Assembly: GCA_031411455.1 (NCBI GenBank)
Contig: JANOBC010000045.1
Location: 1-40,616, forward strand
From: Limisphaerales bacterium
GTDB lineage: Bacteria > Verrucomicrobiota > Verrucomicrobiia > Limisphaerales > UBA11358
Length of the DNA: 40,616 nucleotides
Direction of reading: 5' to 3'
Shown here: in pieces, positions 36,577 through 40,616 of the stretch
How positions within the stretch are numbered: the stretch's first letter is position 1
How the letters are laid out: every line of letters begins with the position of its first letter
Notes under the pieces: model-generated
Told to the model about the DNA's origin: nothing
Database searches by the model: none
The model's input: only the letters and a program-made list of their open reading frames with translations
Made by a program: the position numbers and the translations under genes

Positions 36577-39126
36577 TTAGAACAGCTCGTTTTTTGGCTT
36601 TGATTTTCGCCCCAACATTTCCAGAAATTCTTTCTCTGTTAGGATTTTTGTGCCGAGTTCTTTTGCTTTATCCAATTTTGAACCCGCTTCTTCGCCAGCG
36701 AGCAGGAAGTCTGTTTTTGTGCTGATTGAACCAGTGACATTGCCGCCAGCTTCCCGAACCATTTCCGAAGCCTCATCGCGTGACAGGCTTGGCAGCGTGC
36801 CGGTAAGCACGAAGGTTTTTCCGGAAAATTTTCCTTCTGTCGTTAATCTTGAGGAGGAAACGGGATGGATGTGAAGTTCATGCAATCGGCTCAATAGTTT
36901 CTTGCCCAGCTTCGTGCTGAAAAAAGAAAGGACATTTTCGGCAGGCACATAGTCAATTAGCGGTAAAAAACTTGGAACAGCTTTACTTCCCTCCTGTTCT
37001 AGCTTTGCCCAGTTCCCACTTTTTTTAACCCAGCCGGCTTCGACCAATCGATTTCCAAATTCAAGAAGCTCTTGTTTTGTTTTTTTGAACAGTTCTTTCC
37101 GGGAGGACTTTTCGTCTTGAGATAAATTATCGGTATGCGGAGAGCAGGCTGTCAGGGCCGCATATAAATCTCCTAGTGCTTTGATTTCTCCCAACATTTT
37201 TGAAGTAGCGACTTGTTCCAGATCATTGTGGAACTTCGCGATGTCTATTGCAGTTACTTCGCCAACATTTGGAATTCCGAGGGCAAAAAGCCAGCGGGAC
37301 AGCGGCGCGGTCTTGGCGCGCTGGAGTGCGTCGAGAATCTTCGTGGCGTTCTTCTCGCCGAACGTGCGCGGCTCGTCGTCCGTGCCGAGATTCAGTTTGC
37401 CGAGCACTTCCAGTTTCAAATCGAACAAATCGAGCGGGTCTTTCACCAGCCCGCGTTCAACAAGTTTTTCCGCCACGATGCCGCCGAGCGATTCGATGTC
37501 CAATGCCTTGCGTGCGGCGAAGTATTCCACGCGCCGCGTGAGTTGCGCCGGACAGCCCGCAATGTTCTGGCAACGCCAGGCGACTTCTTCATCAACGCTC
37601 GGAGGGACGAGCTCCGGGAGTCCCTGACTAATTCCCTGGCTTTCGTTTTTTGATTTGGGACTCGTGGAACTCGTCCCTCCGGCTTTTATATCCTTCGCAA
37701 TCGGCCCGCCGCACGCCGGGCATTTCCCGCCGACGTGTTGGAACAAATCAAACTCCTTCGCGCCGGGCGGGCGTTTGGTTTTCATCACCTCAAAAATTTC
37801 CGGGATGACCATGCCCGCTTTGCGGATGACCACGGTGTCGCCGATGCGAATGTCTTTGCGGCGGATTTCATCCTCGTTGTGCAATGTCGCGCGCGCAACG
37901 GTCGAGCCTTGCACGAACACCGGTTCCAGTTCCGCCACGGGCGTGAGCACGCCGGTGCGGCCGACTTGAATCGTGATGGCTTTGAGAATCGTTTCCGCTG
38001 GCGTAATCCACGGCACGGGTTTGTGGACGATGGCGTAACCTGGTGCGCGGCTGCGTCCGGGAATCTTCGCCCAATCCGCGAGCGTGTTCACCTTGAGCAC
38101 GATGCCGTCGATCTCGTAGGGCAACTGCCGCCGCAAATCCTTGTCCTCGTCGTAATGCGCGACGATTTTCTCGCGGTAAATTTTCAAAACCTCCTCAATC
38201 CCATCGCAGACCCACCATATTTTTTGCGTGGGCAAACCAAACTTGGCGAGCGCTTCGAGCATCTCGGAATGGGTCTTGAACTCAATGCCATCAATCGCGC
38301 CAGTCGCATAAAACACCGCGCGAATCGGGCGCTGGGCGACAATCTTGGGGTCGAGTTGCTTGAGCGTGCCAGCGGTTCCATTGCGCGCATTGGGCAAAGT
38401 TTTTTCACCGGCGGCGGCAAGCTTGGCATTGAACGCGTCAAATTCCTTGATCGTCATGTAAGCCTCGCCGCGCACTTCGAGCAAAGTGGGACAGGCATCT
38501 TGCCTGTCGAGTTCTTGTTTGGTTTTAGAATTTTTTCCTGACACTGACTGAACAGGCGAGACGCCTGTCCCACTACCCAACTCCAGCGGAATCGAGCGGA
38601 GCGTCTTGAGATTGGCCGTGATGTCATCGCCTTCCGCGCCGTCGCCGCGCGTGACGCCGAGCGCGAGCTTGCCCTCGCGATAGTGCAGGCTGATGGAAAC
38701 GCCGTCCGCTTTCGGCTCGATGACGTATTGAACTTGGTCACGGCCAAGCTGCTTGCAGATGGTCGCATCGAACGCGCGAAGTTCGGCGAGCGTGTTCTCG
38801 TCCTGCGCGCGATTGCGTTGGTCGCGGTCGGGCATCTCCTCTTTGGTCGGCGAATCGCTGGCGGAAACTTTGTCGAGCGAGAGCATCGGCACGAGATGTT
38901 TCACGCGCACAAATTTTTCGCTGGGCGCACCGCCGACGCGCTGCGTGGGAGATTCCGGCGTGGCGAGGTCAGGAAAATTGTTCTCCAACGCCTGAAGCTC
39001 GCTGAACAGCGCGTCGTATTCGCGGTCGGAAATTTTTGCCTCGCCCTCGACGTAATAGGCGTGGTCGTGCCGGCGAATTTCATCGGCAAGTTGCGCGTGG
39101 CGTTGTTTGGCGGCGGCGGGCGTCAC
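36577..39126 (-). CDS. ligA: NAD-dependent DNA ligase
   Basis: AYY..ISDREYD, SPTQRVG, PMLSL, EPKADG (KxDG), TRGDG..G, EVRGE, DGIVLK, QVGRTG, ATLHN, zinc finger CPAC..C..C, HhH, C-terminal BRCT (FVLTGTL); GTG at 39126 preferred. Confidence 0.96.
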   Translation of the reverse strand: MTPAAAKQRHAQLADEIRRHDHAYYVEGEAKISDREYDALFSELQALENNFPDLATPESPTQRVGGAPSEKFVRVKHLVPMLSLDKVSASDSPTKEEMPDRDQRNRAQDENTLAELRAFDATICKQLGRDQVQYVIEPKADGVSISLHYREGKLALGVTRGDGAEGDDITANLKTLRSIPLELGSGTGVSPVQSVSGKNSKTKQELDRQDACPTLLEVRGEAYMTIKEFDAFNAKLAAAGEKTLPNARNGTAGTLKQLDPKIVAQRPIRAVFYATGAIDGIEFKTHSEMLEALAKFGLPTQKIWWVCDGIEEVLKIYREKIVAHYDEDKDLRRQLPYEIDGIVLKVNTLADWAKIPGRSRAPGYAIVHKPVPWITPAETILKAITIQVGRTGVLTPVAELEPVFVQGSTVARATLHNEDEIRRKDIRIGDTVVIRKAGMVIPEIFEVMKTKRPPGAKEFDLFQHVGGKCPACGGPIAKDIKAGGTSSTSPKSKNESQGISQGLPELVPPSVDEEVAWRCQNIAGCPAQLTRRVEYFAARKALDIESLGGIVAEKLVERGLVKDPLDLFDLKLEVLGKLNLGTDDEPRTFGEKNATKILDALQRAKTAPLSRWLFALGIPNVGEVTAIDIAKFHNDLEQVATSKMLGEIKALGDLYAALTACSPHTDNLSQDEKSSRKELFKKTKQELLEFGNRLVEAGWVKKSGNWAKLEQEGSKAVPSFLPLIDYVPAENVLSFFSTKLGKKLLSRLHELHIHPVSSSRLTTEGKFSGKTFVLTGTLPSLSRDEASEMVREAGGNVTGSISTKTDFLLAGEEAGSKLDKAKELGTKILTEKEFLEMLGRKSKPKNELF
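37601..37680. repeat. REP-like doublet inside ligA (GGAG foot)
   Basis: GGAGGGACGAGCTCCGGGAGTCCC ... GGGACTCGTGGAACTCGTCCCTCC, lying between the zinc-finger cysteine pairs. Confidence 0.85.
38485..38574. repeat. REP-like doublet inside ligA (GTGG foot)
   Basis: AGTGGGACAGGCATCTTGCCTGTC ... ACAGGCGAGACGCCTGTCCCACT, 90 bp, just before the EVRGE motif. Confidence 0.88.
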
Positions 39127-39314
39127 GCGGAAAAGTTTAGCGGTGAACCAACTAAAAGAAAAGGCGGGCGCGTAGCTGATCGCACTTTGGGTAGGGCTGC
39201 CGGGTGAATGGGAATTTCCTTTCTTCCATCCTCGCAACGGCGAAAGACCCGAAAGAATTTTTCCAACTGTCGAAAAAACTCGCGGATGAGGCGTCTGCCC
39301 TTCATTTTCTCCGC

Positions 39315-40391
39315 GTGCATCTGGCTCATCTGCGACTCCGCGACTTCCGCAACTACGCGCGGTTGGATGCGGACTTTTCGCCGGGCTTCCATCTTTTGCT
39401 CGGCGACAACGCGCAGGGCAAGACGAACATCCTTGAAGCGGTTTACCTCATGGCCACGCTGCGTTCCTTTCGCGGCGTGGGCGGCGCGCAGATGATTCGG
39501 CATGGCGCGAAAGGTTATTTCGTCGGTGGCAATGTGGTGGGGCAGGGTGAGCATGAGATTAAAATCTACTGGTCAGCGCGCGAACGGAAACTTGCGCTCG
39601 ACAATCAGCCGGTAAAAAAACTCACGGACTATTTTGGCGCGCTGCGGACGGTGGTTTTCTGCACGGAAGATCTGCAACTGGTGAAAGGTTCGTCGCGTTC
39701 GCGACGGCGGTTCATTGATCTGCTGCTGGCGCAGACGCAGCCGGGTTATCTCGCGTTGCTCCAACGTTACATGCACAGCGTTCGCGCGCGCAATGCGCTC
39801 TTGAAGGCGCGCGTCACGGACGAGGCGGCGCTGGAAAGTTTTTCTGCCGAACTCGTGAAGCTGGGCAACGAACTCATCCGCGCCCGTCGCGAACTGGTGC
39901 CGAAATTTTCCCCGCTCGCTCGTCTCGCCTATCGCCGTATCTCAAATGACGCGGAGGAATTACGCATCGAATACCAGCCGAGCGTGAAGCAGGATTTTGC
40001 GGTGGAACTCGCGTCGTCGCGGGCGCGGGAGAAAACGTTTCGCGCCACGCTGGTCGGGCCGCATCGCGATGACTTGTCGTTGTTGCAGAACGGAAAATCC
40101 GCCGCGCAGTTCGGCAGCGAGGGGCAGAAGCGGACGCTGGCGATTGCGTTGAAGATGGCGCAGGCGGAATTTCTCACGGGCATCCACGGCTCGCCGCCGG
40201 TGCTGCTGATTGATGATGTGATGGGCGAGTTGGACGTGAAGCGGCGGAGCGGTCTGCTGCCGTTGCTCGCGCGCTCGCGTGAGGCGAGCGGGCAGGTGTT
40301 CCTGACCTGCACGGATGAGAACTGGCCGAGTGAACTGGGAAAAGAGTTGCAGCGTTGGACGGTGAAGCAGGGGACGATTCAGCGGAGTTGA
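39315..40391 (+). CDS. recF: DNA replication and repair protein RecF
   Basis: LRDFRNY, GDNAQGKTNILEAV, GPHRDDL, SEGQKR, LLIDDVMGELD; GTG at 39315 preferred. Confidence 0.95.
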   Translation: MHLAHLRLRDFRNYARLDADFSPGFHLLLGDNAQGKTNILEAVYLMATLRSFRGVGGAQMIRHGAKGYFVGGNVVGQGEHEIKIYWSARERKLALDNQPVKKLTDYFGALRTVVFCTEDLQLVKGSSRSRRRFIDLLLAQTQPGYLALLQRYMHSVRARNALLKARVTDEAALESFSAELVKLGNELIRARRELVPKFSPLARLAYRRISNDAEELRIEYQPSVKQDFAVELASSRAREKTFRATLVGPHRDDLSLLQNGKSAAQFGSEGQKRTLAIALKMAQAEFLTGIHGSPPVLLIDDVMGELDVKRRSGLLPLLARSREASGQVFLTCTDENWPSELGKELQRWTVKQGTIQRS

Positions 40392-40434
40392 AGCAAATAA
40401 AAACTTCGGCCTATCTCCATATTAGGCCGCGTTG

Positions 40435-40616
40435 TCATGCTGTCGTCTCAATGAACTGATGATAACACTCGCTGCAAATCCACCGCCGACCATCGGTGTA
40501 GCCAACGGAGTGCTCCTCGTCACCTCCCTCTGACAAGGACCACCAACAAATCTCGCAATGGTCGTGACTCCAGCCGCCGCGAACCAACTCGTAATACGCC
40601 GGGTCGTATCGCTGGC
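40435..40616 (-). CDS. Partial gene (3' end) for a small putative zinc-binding protein
   Basis: Reading frame open from the window edge: QRYDPAYYELVRGGWSHDHCEICWWSL...GYTDGRRWICSECYHQFIETTA*, with two CxxC pairs. Confidence 0.7.
   Translation of the reverse strand, partial: QRYDPAYYELVRGGWSHDHCEICWWSLSEGGDEEHSVGYTDGRRWICSECYHQFIETTA

Noticed and set aside
22627-39126. Inteins or introns as the explanation of the mfd and ligA insertions
   Set aside because: Inserts are only about 10-37 codons, with no Cys/Ser...His-Asn intein ends and no recognisable intron structure.
39127-39314. Structured ncRNA or tRNA in the ligA-recF divergent gap, and the overlapping N-terminal extensions in the ORF track
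   Set aside because: No cloverleaf or recognisable RNA motif; GTG starts at 39126 and 39315 leave an ordinary divergent promoter region.
40400-40434. Integron attC site after the terminal small gene (GGCCTA...TAGGCC dyad)
   Set aside because: No proper RYYYAAC/GTTRRRY pair or L boxes; just a short hairpin between convergent genes.

Overview
GC-rich bacterial DNA, probably Verrucomicrobiota; this is inferred from the prepilin-like H-X9-DG gene, barrel-less autotransporter-repeat proteins with FYR-type C-termini and the AMP nucleosidase type. Left part (46-17184): an accessory locus whose recognisable enzymes all belong to families acting on glutamyl amide bonds. It holds a secreted M14 zinc peptidase fused to a glutamine-amidotransferase-like domain, an N-formylglutamate-amidohydrolase-like enzyme on a repeat stalk, a gamma-glutamyltransferase and a glutamate symporter. 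Two giant paralogous beta-strand-repeat surface proteins and a prepilin-like gene complete it. The same 18-bp palindrome (ATATAACA-NN-TGTTATAT) lies in both likely promoter regions, suggesting one regulon; I propose a gamma-glutamyl-polymer (e.g. poly-gamma-glutamate) utilisation locus. Right part (17372-40616): mostly housekeeping genes (ABC-F, GT-C, mfd, RluA-RlmI fusion, DUF4197, mlaDFE, NDP-sugar epimerase, amn, ligA, recF) plus lower-GC GIY-YIG and BRCT genes. mfd, ligA and the RluA-RlmI gene carry about ten insertions of REP-like hairpin doublets and heptamer arrays that leave the reading frames open, and related elements occur between genes. All family assignments come from motif recognition by eye, not from database searches.
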